From Vicinamibacterales bacterium (GTDB lineage Bacteria; Acidobacteriota; Vicinamibacteria; Vicinamibacterales; UBA2999), in assembly GCA_035263125.1 (NCBI GenBank), contig DATFRP010000284.1, positions 967 to 64,966 on the forward strand: a stretch of DNA of 64,000 nucleotides, written 5' to 3'. The translations under genes and the position numbers were made by a program. Under the pieces are notes generated by a model that worked only from the letters and a program-made list of their open reading frames with translations, did not search any database and was not told the DNA's origin. The number at the start of each line of letters is the position of its first letter. Within the stretch, counting starts at the first letter, position 1. Shown in pieces: positions 1 to 7,570 of this stretch.

Positions 1-1023
1 GTGCAGCGCCCGACGGACTCTGCCGATCGCATCGTTGTCCGGCTTCGGATGCACGCGGTTCGTGAGCAACACCACATACACCGCGCGCGCGGGGTCGATC
101 CACAACGACGTACCGGTGAACCCCGTGTGGCCGAACGCGGTCGCCGACATCCGCGTGCCGCACGATGACGTTGGCAGCATCGTGTCCCATCCGAGCGCGC
201 GCGAACTGCCGGGCACGTCGGTGCGACGACGAATGAATGTCAGGAGAGCGTCCCGGCGAAATACACCCGTGCGGTCGTCGAGTATCTGCAACAGGTGTCG
301 GGCGTAGTCGCCTACCGCGGCGGCTGTTCCGAAAAGTCCTGCCTGTGCCGCTGCCCCTCCGAGCGCCCAGGCGTTGTCATCGTCAACCTCACCGACGCGT
401 CGCCCGCGAAAATCGTCTTCGCGCGTAGGCGCGGTTCTCGACTTCCAAATCGCCGGCGGAAGGAACTGAAGATCCTGGACGATCCCCATCTGTGACTTCA
501 GCGCCTCGAACTGCACGGGAAGAGGGGAGAGTGCTTCGAGAATGAACCCGAGCAGCATGAAGCCGAGGTCGCTGTAGATCGATCGCGAACGCGGCTCGTA
601 TTCGAGCGGCGTTTCGCAGATCGCGCGCTCGAACTCGGCGCGGCCGCGGTGATCGCGATAGAGCGGCGCATGCGCCGGCAGACCGCTGCAGTGTGCGAGC
701 AGGTCACGAATCGTCACGCGATCTCGAGGCGCCCCGCGCCATGAGACGATGTGCGCCGTCACTGGATCATCGAGTCCGATCGCGCCTCGTTCGATCTGTC
801 GGAGCGCGATCGCTGTCGTCGACAGCACCTTGGTCAGCGATGCGAGATCGAAGATGGTGTCGGCCTGTGTGAGCAGCGAGTCGGAGTCGAAACTCAATGT
901 GCCGAACGCTTCCCGCCACAGCACCTGGCGTGATTGACCGACCTCGACGACGGCGGCTGGAAAGGCTCGCTCAGCAACCGCGCGCCGAAGCACCTGGCGC
1001 GCGGCCGGGAACGCGGAGACCAT
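1..1023 (-). CDS. Serine hydrolase, beta-lactamase/transpeptidase-like fold (3' end beyond window edge); possible AmiE-like MurNAc-peptide amidase
   Basis: Absent from the ORF track because it runs off the left edge. Reverse-strand translation from ATG at 1023 gives MVSAFPAARQVLRRAVAERAFPAAVVEVGQ...DTIFDLASLTKVLSTTA, which carries the S-x-x-K nucleophile motif. Later motifs are YSDLGF and AFGHTGFTGTSLWIDP, typical of class-C beta-lactamase/EstB-like serine hydrolases. The start lies 8 nt after the stop of the upstream ORF. Confidence 0.8.
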   Translation of the reverse strand, partial: MVSAFPAARQVLRRAVAERAFPAAVVEVGQSRQVLWREAFGTLSFDSDSLLTQADTIFDLASLTKVLSTTAIALRQIERGAIGLDDPVTAHIVSWRGAPRDRVTIRDLLAHCSGLPAHAPLYRDHRGRAEFERAICETPLEYEPRSRSIYSDLGFMLLGFILEALSPLPVQFEALKSQMGIVQDLQFLPPAIWKSRTAPTREDDFRGRRVGEVDDDNAWALGGAAAQAGLFGTAAAVGDYARHLLQILDDRTGVFRRDALLTFIRRRTDVPGSSRALGWDTMLPTSSCGTRMSATAFGHTGFTGTSLWIDPARAVYVVLLTNRVHPKPDNDAIGRVRRALH

Positions 1024-1031
1024 GCACGAGA

Positions 1032-2153
1032 CTACCGCGATCCGCCACCCGTGGTGGCAACTGGCCCGTTCGGTGGAAGGACGGCCGATCCCGTTACGAC
1101 TCCATCGGACGACAGCACGATGGTGGTCGTGTTGCCGGATCGCCGCCCGACTCCGTCGACCACACGAGCCGCGATCCACGAGCGCCAGTTCTGAAAATGC
1201 TCCTCGCGCGCGGAACCATCGTCGACGGGGATGTTGACCATGACGGTCAAGGACGGGTTGACGGTCTTCAGGGCAGCGTGCACACGCGTGATGAGCGCAG
1301 TGAGACGCGTCTCCCTGAAATTCGTCCACTCGGTGGGAAATTCGGACACGTAGCCGAATGGATCGATCGCTTCGACTTCATCGAGCCGCGCGCGTTCGCG
1401 AATCGGCAGTCGCGGACGCTCGTCGGCACGAAACAAATCCATCGCGTGGCGGCTGTAGTCGAAGTCGCTGCCCGGGAAGCGCAGCGTGTCGAGATAGACA
1501 CCATCGACGACATAGCGCTGCACGGTCGCCGTGACGAGCTTCGTCAGATACGACGCCGCGTCTGGATCCAACGGTGAGATGTACAGCCCGTCGATTCTCG
1601 ATTGGTTCGCTCGCGTCCACCGCGACAACTGCCCGAGATACGCCGGACCGCGAGGATCGAGGGCCATCATCGCCGACGCCAGCTCGCGCGGAATCATGAG
1701 CCATTCGGGATGTTCGTAGATCACATGCGCACGAGAGGCAGGGAATTCATCCACTCGCGCAACACGATTCACATCGAGCCACGCCTGCACGTGGAGACCG
1801 CGCTCGCGAGCTTCGCGGATGCATTCGCGCACGCCGTCGAAACCATGCGACGCGTTATCACCGTCGGTCAAGGTGATCGGAACGAAGACGGTATCGAATC
1901 CGTTCGCTCGGGCCGACGCCACACTGCGTCGGATGGCGTCGAGGGAATCGAGGGAGTCTCGCGTGATCCAGTAACCGCGAATCGGTGCGTCACCAGCCGC
2001 GCGTGTGTCGACGCGTGCAAATCCGAGGATCAGCAGCGTGATCGCAGCACCGCATACCGCGTGAACATAGCGGCGGTGATGCCACGATCGGAAGGCACGA
2101 CGCAACATTTGGGGGACATCGAAATGTACCATACTTGAGCGATCCCTATGCAT
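1032..2153 (-). CDS. Glycosyl-hydrolase-like family 10 (GHL10/YngK-type, DUF187) protein, membrane anchored
   Basis: 373-aa ORF with an N-terminal hydrophobic anchor (AAITLLILGFA). It continues GYWITRDSL, NGFDTVFV, GLHVQAWLDV, DGLYISPLDP, DGVYLDTLRFP, the pattern of GHL10 TIM-barrel proteins. The annotated start overlaps the divergent kinase start, so the Met at 2132 or 2108 may be the true start. Confidence 0.7.
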   Translation of the reverse strand: MHRDRSSMVHFDVPQMLRRAFRSWHHRRYVHAVCGAAITLLILGFARVDTRAAGDAPIRGYWITRDSLDSLDAIRRSVASARANGFDTVFVPITLTDGDNASHGFDGVRECIREARERGLHVQAWLDVNRVARVDEFPASRAHVIYEHPEWLMIPRELASAMMALDPRGPAYLGQLSRWTRANQSRIDGLYISPLDPDAASYLTKLVTATVQRYVVDGVYLDTLRFPGSDFDYSRHAMDLFRADERPRLPIRERARLDEVEAIDPFGYVSEFPTEWTNFRETRLTALITRVHAALKTVNPSLTVMVNIPVDDGSAREEHFQNWRSWIAARVVDGVGRRSGNTTTIVLSSDGVVTGSAVLPPNGPVATTGGGSR

Positions 2154-3083
2154 GTATTAGGCATCGATGCGGGAGGTACGAAGACCGTCTGTCAGTTGGC
2201 TGACGAACGAGGGGCGGTGGTTGCGGAAGCGAGGGGAGGCGGGGCGAACCTCCGCGCCGCCGGTCAAATCGAAGTGGAGCGCGTGCTTCGCCGTCTGATC
2301 GAAGATGTTCTCGCTCACCGCGAGATTCGCCCCGAGGCGATTTGCATCGGGATTGCCGGTGCCGACCGAGAACGCGATGCCGACCTCGTTCGTGATGTGA
2401 CGCGCCGTCTCGGACACGACGTCCCCACGGTCGTCGTCAACGACGCGCTCATTGCACTCGTCGCCGGCGTCGGAGAACGCGCCGGGGTCGTCATCGTTGC
2501 GGGTACGGGGTCCATTGCCTACGGCCGCGATGCCGCAGGGCGGGCCGCGCGCGCGGGCGGCTGGGGATATCTCCTGGGCGATGAAGGTGGAGGTTTCTGG
2601 ATCGGCCGGGCCGCCCTCTCGGCGGTGGTTCGTCAGTTCGACCGGCGGGGTCCGGCGACCTTGCTCACCGAGTTGGTCCTCACCCAGATGGGATTGACGA
2701 CGCCGGCGCAGGTCATCGCAGCCGTGTACGATCGCGGCCTTCCCAGGCACGTCATAGCGGGGATCGCCGATGTCGTCGAGCACGCGACCGGAGCTGGCGA
2801 CGCAGTGGCTGCGGAGATTCTCGATCGCGCGGCCGACGAGCTGACGTCAGCGGCTGCCTCGGTCGTGACGAAGCTGGAGATGCGTGGAGAAGTCTTTCAG
2901 ACTGTTCTGGCCGGAGGAATCTTCCGGGGCATTCCGTCCCTCGCTGCCAGCGTCGAGGCACGGCTGGCGGAGGTGGCGCCCAGAAGCATCGTGCGTCGAC
3001 TGGAGGTCGAGCCGGCCTACGGTGCGGTCAGGCTCGCTCTCGCGGCGACGCGCGGGCGAGTGGTCATTCCCTCTTACATCTGA
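2148..3083 (+). CDS. BadF/BadG/BcrA/BcrD-type ATPase; N-acetylglucosamine/N-acetylmuramic acid kinase (MurK/NagK-like)
   Basis: 311-aa ORF beginning MHVLGIDAGGTKT (ASKHA phosphate-1 motif). Later motifs are VIVAGTGSIAYG and GGWGYLLGDEGGGFWIG. It sits next to nagB and murQ. Confidence 0.8.
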   Translation: MHVLGIDAGGTKTVCQLADERGAVVAEARGGGANLRAAGQIEVERVLRRLIEDVLAHREIRPEAICIGIAGADRERDADLVRDVTRRLGHDVPTVVVNDALIALVAGVGERAGVVIVAGTGSIAYGRDAAGRAARAGGWGYLLGDEGGGFWIGRAALSAVVRQFDRRGPATLLTELVLTQMGLTTPAQVIAAVYDRGLPRHVIAGIADVVEHATGAGDAVAAEILDRAADELTSAAASVVTKLEMRGEVFQTVLAGGIFRGIPSLAASVEARLAEVAPRSIVRRLEVEPAYGAVRLALAATRGRVVIPSYI

Positions 3084-3090
3084 CTCGTCA

Positions 3091-3819
3091 TTGGATATCA
3101 CGATCTTCGAGACGCGTGAGCACGTGGCCCGTGCCGCAGCACAACGCGTCACCGAAGCGGTGCGTGCCCGGCCGAACCTCGTACTCGGCGTTCCCGCTGG
3201 GCACACGCCCATCCCGACGTACGACGAACTGGAACGGCTGCACCGTTCAGGCGCCGTCGATTTCTCGGTCGCATCGTGCTTCACGATCGATGAGTTCGTC
3301 GGGCTCGACCGCACCAGCAAGGGGAGCTTCTATCAGTTCCTGATCGAGCACTTGTTCTCGCGCCTGAACTTCGATCCGAGTCGAATCCGTGCACTTGATG
3401 GTGCCGCTGCGGATCTCGACGCCGAGTGTGATCGCTACGAGGCGGCCATCATCGCGGCTGGTGGCATCGACCTCCAGATCGTCGGCCTGGGTCGCAACGG
3501 TCATGTCGGTTTCAACGAGCCGGACGACACGCTGGTCGCGAACACGCATCGTGTCGTTCTCCGGGAAGAGACACGACGTGACAACGCTACCAGCTTCGAC
3601 GGCGATGCGACGCTCGTACCTCGCGAAGCGCTCTCCATGGGAATCGGGACGATTCTTCGGGCGCGGGCGATCCTGATGATCGCGACCGGAGAGGCCAAGG
3701 CGCAGCCGGTGGAGCAGATGATTCGCGGCCGCGTCACCACTCGACTGCCGGCATCGTTTCTTCAGTTGCACCCGGCGGTGGAGGTCTACATCGATCGCGC
3801 CGCCGCCGCCCGCTTATGA
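3091..3819 (+). CDS. nagB: Glucosamine-6-phosphate deaminase
   Basis: The in-frame TTG at 3091 lies 7 nt after the kinase stop. Motifs are LVLGVPAGHTP, FTIDEFVGL and IVGLGRNGHVGFNEP. The track ORF start at 2884 lies inside the kinase gene and is not used. Confidence 0.85.
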   Translation: MDITIFETREHVARAAAQRVTEAVRARPNLVLGVPAGHTPIPTYDELERLHRSGAVDFSVASCFTIDEFVGLDRTSKGSFYQFLIEHLFSRLNFDPSRIRALDGAAADLDAECDRYEAAIIAAGGIDLQIVGLGRNGHVGFNEPDDTLVANTHRVVLREETRRDNATSFDGDATLVPREALSMGIGTILRARAILMIATGEAKAQPVEQMIRGRVTTRLPASFLQLHPAVEVYIDRAAAARL

Positions 3820-4812
3820 GCGCGGTGATTTCGGCCCACCGAGAGCGGTCGTGACCGCCGAACCCTCGGCGTGCCCTTGCAGGAGACCGCGCAGCCGCGG
3901 CTCGATGTCTTCGCCGAGCGCTTCGCGCATCGAGTCGTGCGCCTTCCGCAGACGCGCCTGCGCCCGGTGGTAGGTCAGTCCCGTCTTCTGCATCACGATC
4001 GCGACCTTCACGTTCCACTGCGCCGTCTTCAGCAGCTTGTCCGCGTCTTCGTAGTCCAGTCCCGTGACGATGTTCACGATGCGACGGGCCCGATCCTTGA
4101 GCTTTTCGGATCCGGTCTGCACATCAACCATCAGGTTTCCGTAGGTCTTCCCGATGCGGACCATGGCGCCCGTCGTCAGCATGTTCAGAATCAATTTGGT
4201 CGCCGTACCCGCCTTGAGTCTCGTGGAGCCGGCGATGACTTCCGCGCCGACGCCAGGCGCAATCGTGAGGTCGACGAACGTCTGCAATTCCGTGCCGGGA
4301 TCGCACGTCACGAAGATGATTCGAGCGCCTGCCTTGCGCGCTCGGGTGAGTGCCCCTCGCACGAACTGCGTCATCCCACTGGCCGAAACGCCGACGACGA
4401 CGTCTTTCTTCGTGGGGCGCAGGCGCGTGATTGCGCGCGTGCCTTCTTCGTAGTTGTCCTCGACGCCCTCCTTCGCGCTGAAGATCGCGTCGCGGCCGCC
4501 GGCCATGATCGCCTGCACATGCTCCGGATCCGTGCTGAACGTCGGCGGCATCTCGGCCGATTCCAGGATGCCGAGTCGTCCACTGGTACCGGCGCCCACA
4601 AAAATGATCCGGCCGTCCTTGCGAAGCGCGGTGGCGATCATCTCGACACCGACCGCGATGCGCTCGCGCTCGCGTCTGACGGCATCGAGCATCTTGCGAT
4701 CTTCGTTGACCATCAGGTCCACGATGTCGTCCGCTGCCAGTTTGTCGATGCCGAGACTGACGGCGTTGATGGCTTCAGTGGGGAGGGATTGCCACTTGGA
4801 ACGAACCGGCAT
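3814..4812 (-). CDS. murQ: N-acetylmuramic acid 6-phosphate etherase
   Basis: 332-aa SIS-domain protein with GRIIFVGAGTSGRLGILESAEMPPTF, VVGVSASG and AGSTRLKAGTATKLILNMLTT. It has a C-terminal extension of about 30 aa and a 6-nt convergent overlap with nagB. Confidence 0.9.
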   Translation of the reverse strand: MPVRSKWQSLPTEAINAVSLGIDKLAADDIVDLMVNEDRKMLDAVRRERERIAVGVEMIATALRKDGRIIFVGAGTSGRLGILESAEMPPTFSTDPEHVQAIMAGGRDAIFSAKEGVEDNYEEGTRAITRLRPTKKDVVVGVSASGMTQFVRGALTRARKAGARIIFVTCDPGTELQTFVDLTIAPGVGAEVIAGSTRLKAGTATKLILNMLTTGAMVRIGKTYGNLMVDVQTGSEKLKDRARRIVNIVTGLDYEDADKLLKTAQWNVKVAIVMQKTGLTYHRAQARLRKAHDSMREALGEDIEPRLRGLLQGHAEGSAVTTALGGPKSPRS

Positions 4813-4939
4813 ACGGCTACAATTCTAGCGAGGCCTGCCTCAGACCGTCGAGCCTGTGAGCCTCGCTAGCCCTCAGCATCTCTTGGCCCCGCGTTGCGGG
4901 GCGAGCCGTCTCGACCGAGGAAGACTTGACTCATTTTTC

Positions 4940-5872
4940 ATGGATCCAGCCGGTCACGACGGCTACCCAGGTCCCTTGAGCAGCGTGTCCTCGCTCGACG
5001 CGTATCTGACACATCTCACCGTCGAGCGGAGGCTCGCGGCGAACTCTGTCGAAAGTTACGCGCGTGATTTGCAACTTCTGGCCGAGCATGCCGCCGGGAA
5101 GCACGTGTCTGTTGACACGCTCACACGTACGGAGCTCGAAGCGTTCGTTCGCGATCTGATGGCCAGCGGCCGCTCGCCTCGGTCGGTAGCGCGCGCGATC
5201 GCCTGCTACCGAGGGTTCTACCGCTTTCTGGTCGTCGACGGACGGCTGAAGGCGAGTCCCGCCGACGATCTGCGGCCCCCGCGTGCGTGGAAGGTCCTCC
5301 CGAAATACCTGCCGGTGGAGGAGGTCGATCGTTTGATCGCACAGCCTGCAGTCGAGACACCGCGTGGACTGCGCGACCGCGCGCTGATCGAGCTCTTGTA
5401 CGCAACCGGCATGCGCGTGTCGGAACTGCTGTCGCTCCGGCCGTCCGACATCAATCTCGAAGCGTCCTACCTGACATGCACAGGAAAAGGAGACAAGCAG
5501 CGGATCGTGCCGATCGGTGATGAAGCGGCAGACTGGGTCCGACAATATCTCAGGGCATCACGTCCGGTGCTGCTCGGCAAGCGCAGCAGTCCGCGACTGT
5601 TCGTCAATGCGAAGGGAGGGGGACCCGGCCTGACGCGAGTAGGCTTCTGGAAGATCTTGAAAGGGTACGCCCGACAAGCGGGGCTGAGCCGAACGATCAG
5701 CCCTCATGTACTGAGACATTCGTTTGCGACGCATCTGCTCGAACGAGGCGCCGATCTGCGCGCCATCCAGATGATGCTCGGACACGCTGATCTATCCACG
5801 ACGCAGATCTACACACACGTCCTCGAGCAGCGCATGCGCGCTGTCTACGACAGGTTCCATCCGAGAGCATGA
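4940..5872 (+). CDS. xerD: Site-specific tyrosine recombinase XerD
   Basis: Collinear with E. coli XerD: LRDRALIELLYATGMRVSEL, GKGDKQRIVPIG, SPHVLRHSFATHLLERGADLRAIQMMLGHADLSTTQIYTHV, ending HPRA. The ATG at 4940 is preferred over the GTG at 4856, which would add a non-conserved leader. Confidence 0.9.
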   Translation: MDPAGHDGYPGPLSSVSSLDAYLTHLTVERRLAANSVESYARDLQLLAEHAAGKHVSVDTLTRTELEAFVRDLMASGRSPRSVARAIACYRGFYRFLVVDGRLKASPADDLRPPRAWKVLPKYLPVEEVDRLIAQPAVETPRGLRDRALIELLYATGMRVSELLSLRPSDINLEASYLTCTGKGDKQRIVPIGDEAADWVRQYLRASRPVLLGKRSSPRLFVNAKGGGPGLTRVGFWKILKGYARQAGLSRTISPHVLRHSFATHLLERGADLRAIQMMLGHADLSTTQIYTHVLEQRMRAVYDRFHPRA

Positions 5873-7554
5873 GACCACTACGTCTGCTGGCGCTCGCGCT
5901 CGTTCTGGGAGCGGCGATCGCCTCGTTCAGTCTGCTGCCATCGTCAGCGCGATCGATGCCGGCCATGGCGGGCCACCGGGCGCCCATTCGCGGAGCGATG
6001 CACATTCACACGCGGCGTTCCGATGGAACGGGCACTGTCGATCAAGTCGCTGCGGCGGCCGCGCGAGCGGGTCTGTCGTTCGTGATCATCACTGATCACG
6101 GAAACTTGAGCCGCGAGCTCGAGCCGCCGTCGTATCGAAGCGGCGTGCTCTGCATCGAGGCCGTCGAAATCAGCACCAAAGGTGGTCACGTTGTCGCACT
6201 GGGGCTGTCGAAGTCGCCGTATCCGCTCGGAGGGGAGCCTCGCGACGTGGTCGACGACATCGCACGGCTCGGCGGCATGTCGATTGCAGCACATCCAACT
6301 TCGTCGAAGGCTGACCTGCGCTGGCGCGACTGGAGTGCTCCGATCGATGGGATCGAATGGCTCAACGGCGACAGTGAATGGCGCGACGAACGCGCGGCGT
6401 CACTCGGACGCACGCTGCTGACGTATCCGTTTCGACAGGCAGAGACGCTCGCGTCGCTGCTCGATCGGCCCGACGCGGCGTTGAGCGCATGGGACAAGTT
6501 GGCGTCCGACCATCCCGTCGTCGCAGTCGCCGCGAGCGACGCGCATGCCCGCATCGGATTCCGCTCAGAAGGCGATCCGTTCGAACCTCGGATTGCGTTG
6601 CATCTCCCGGCGTACGAGCAGGCGTTCCGTGCGTTCTCGATCTCGATACCGGGAGTCGCTCTCGGACACGATGCCGCCACAGACGCCAGGGCGGTGGTCG
6701 ATGCCATTCGACACGGCCATGTGTTCTCGTCGATAGATGGCCTCGCGAGTCCGGCCATCGTCGCATTCACCGCCGAGAGCGGGGGAGTCAGCGCTCAGGG
6801 CGGCGACACGCTGCGTGCGGGCAATCCTGCGACGTTCTCCCTCGAGAGCAACGCACCCTCTGATGCGCGCGTGCGGCTGCTTCGAAACGGCGTCCAGGTG
6901 GCTGACGTCACCGGGCCGAAGCTCATGTACGTGGGAACGGAGGCCGGTGCCTACCGCGTCGAAATCTACTTTCCTCATGCGCCCGGAGTTCCGCCCATCC
7001 CGTGGATTGTGACCAATCCGATCTACCTGAGTGCACGTGGCGCGAGACCTGTCGAGAAGGCCGATTCAGCCGCGTTCACGTCGCGCTATGACGACGGACC
7101 GGCGGATGAATGGCACGTTGAGAAGAGCGCGAACTCGGAAGGCGCCATCAACGTTGTTCGCACAATCGGGGGAACACAGCTGTCGCTTCGGTTCGGGCTC
7201 GGTGGTATGGACGGAGAGAGCCCGTTCGTCGGTTTCGTGATGCCCGCCGGCTCGATCGTCGGCGCCGATCGACTCGCGTTCAGTGCGACCGCGAATCGGC
7301 CGATGCGAATGTCGGTGCAGCTGCGGACGCCAGACGGTGCCGCAGCGAAGCGATGGCAGCGGTCGATCTATCTCGATGAGACGAAACGATCACTGGTGGT
7401 GCCGTTCGGAGAGATGACGCCGCTCGGCGCGGCGTCGGATGCGCATCCGATCGTCGAGCGCGTAAGCGATGTGCTCTTCGTGGTCGACACAGTCAACGCC
7501 GGTCCAGGATCGAACGGTCAGATCTGGCTCGACGACGTGAAGTACGGCCGCTGA
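5869..7554 (+). CDS. Secreted PHP-domain (CehA/McbA-like) metallohydrolase with C-terminal beta-sandwich-like domain
   Basis: 561 aa with a signal-like N-terminus, MRPLRLLALALVLGAAIASFSLL. PHP motifs are GAMHIHTRRSDGTG and SFVIITDHGN. The C-terminal region of about 170 aa ends QIWLDDVKYGR and resembles a carbohydrate-binding/CIA30-like fold; that is inference. The start overlaps the xerD stop (ATGA). Confidence 0.65.
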   Translation: MRPLRLLALALVLGAAIASFSLLPSSARSMPAMAGHRAPIRGAMHIHTRRSDGTGTVDQVAAAAARAGLSFVIITDHGNLSRELEPPSYRSGVLCIEAVEISTKGGHVVALGLSKSPYPLGGEPRDVVDDIARLGGMSIAAHPTSSKADLRWRDWSAPIDGIEWLNGDSEWRDERAASLGRTLLTYPFRQAETLASLLDRPDAALSAWDKLASDHPVVAVAASDAHARIGFRSEGDPFEPRIALHLPAYEQAFRAFSISIPGVALGHDAATDARAVVDAIRHGHVFSSIDGLASPAIVAFTAESGGVSAQGGDTLRAGNPATFSLESNAPSDARVRLLRNGVQVADVTGPKLMYVGTEAGAYRVEIYFPHAPGVPPIPWIVTNPIYLSARGARPVEKADSAAFTSRYDDGPADEWHVEKSANSEGAINVVRTIGGTQLSLRFGLGGMDGESPFVGFVMPAGSIVGADRLAFSATANRPMRMSVQLRTPDGAAAKRWQRSIYLDETKRSLVVPFGEMTPLGAASDAHPIVERVSDVLFVVDTVNAGPGSNGQIWLDDVKYGR

Positions 7555-7570
7555 CCTCGTCGCGTCGCGC

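Noticed and set aside
4856-5872. The tyrosine recombinase as a marker of an integrated mobile element or prophage.
   Set aside because: The protein is collinear with housekeeping XerD down to the C-terminal HPRA. It is flanked by core metabolic genes. No tRNA, att-like direct repeats, or phage/transposon genes are nearby.
6575-6600. A tRNA-like T-loop sequence (CCGTTCGAACCTCGG).
   Set aside because: It lies inside the well-supported PHP-domain coding frame, with no acceptor or anticodon arms around it. No tRNA genes were found in any intergenic gap.
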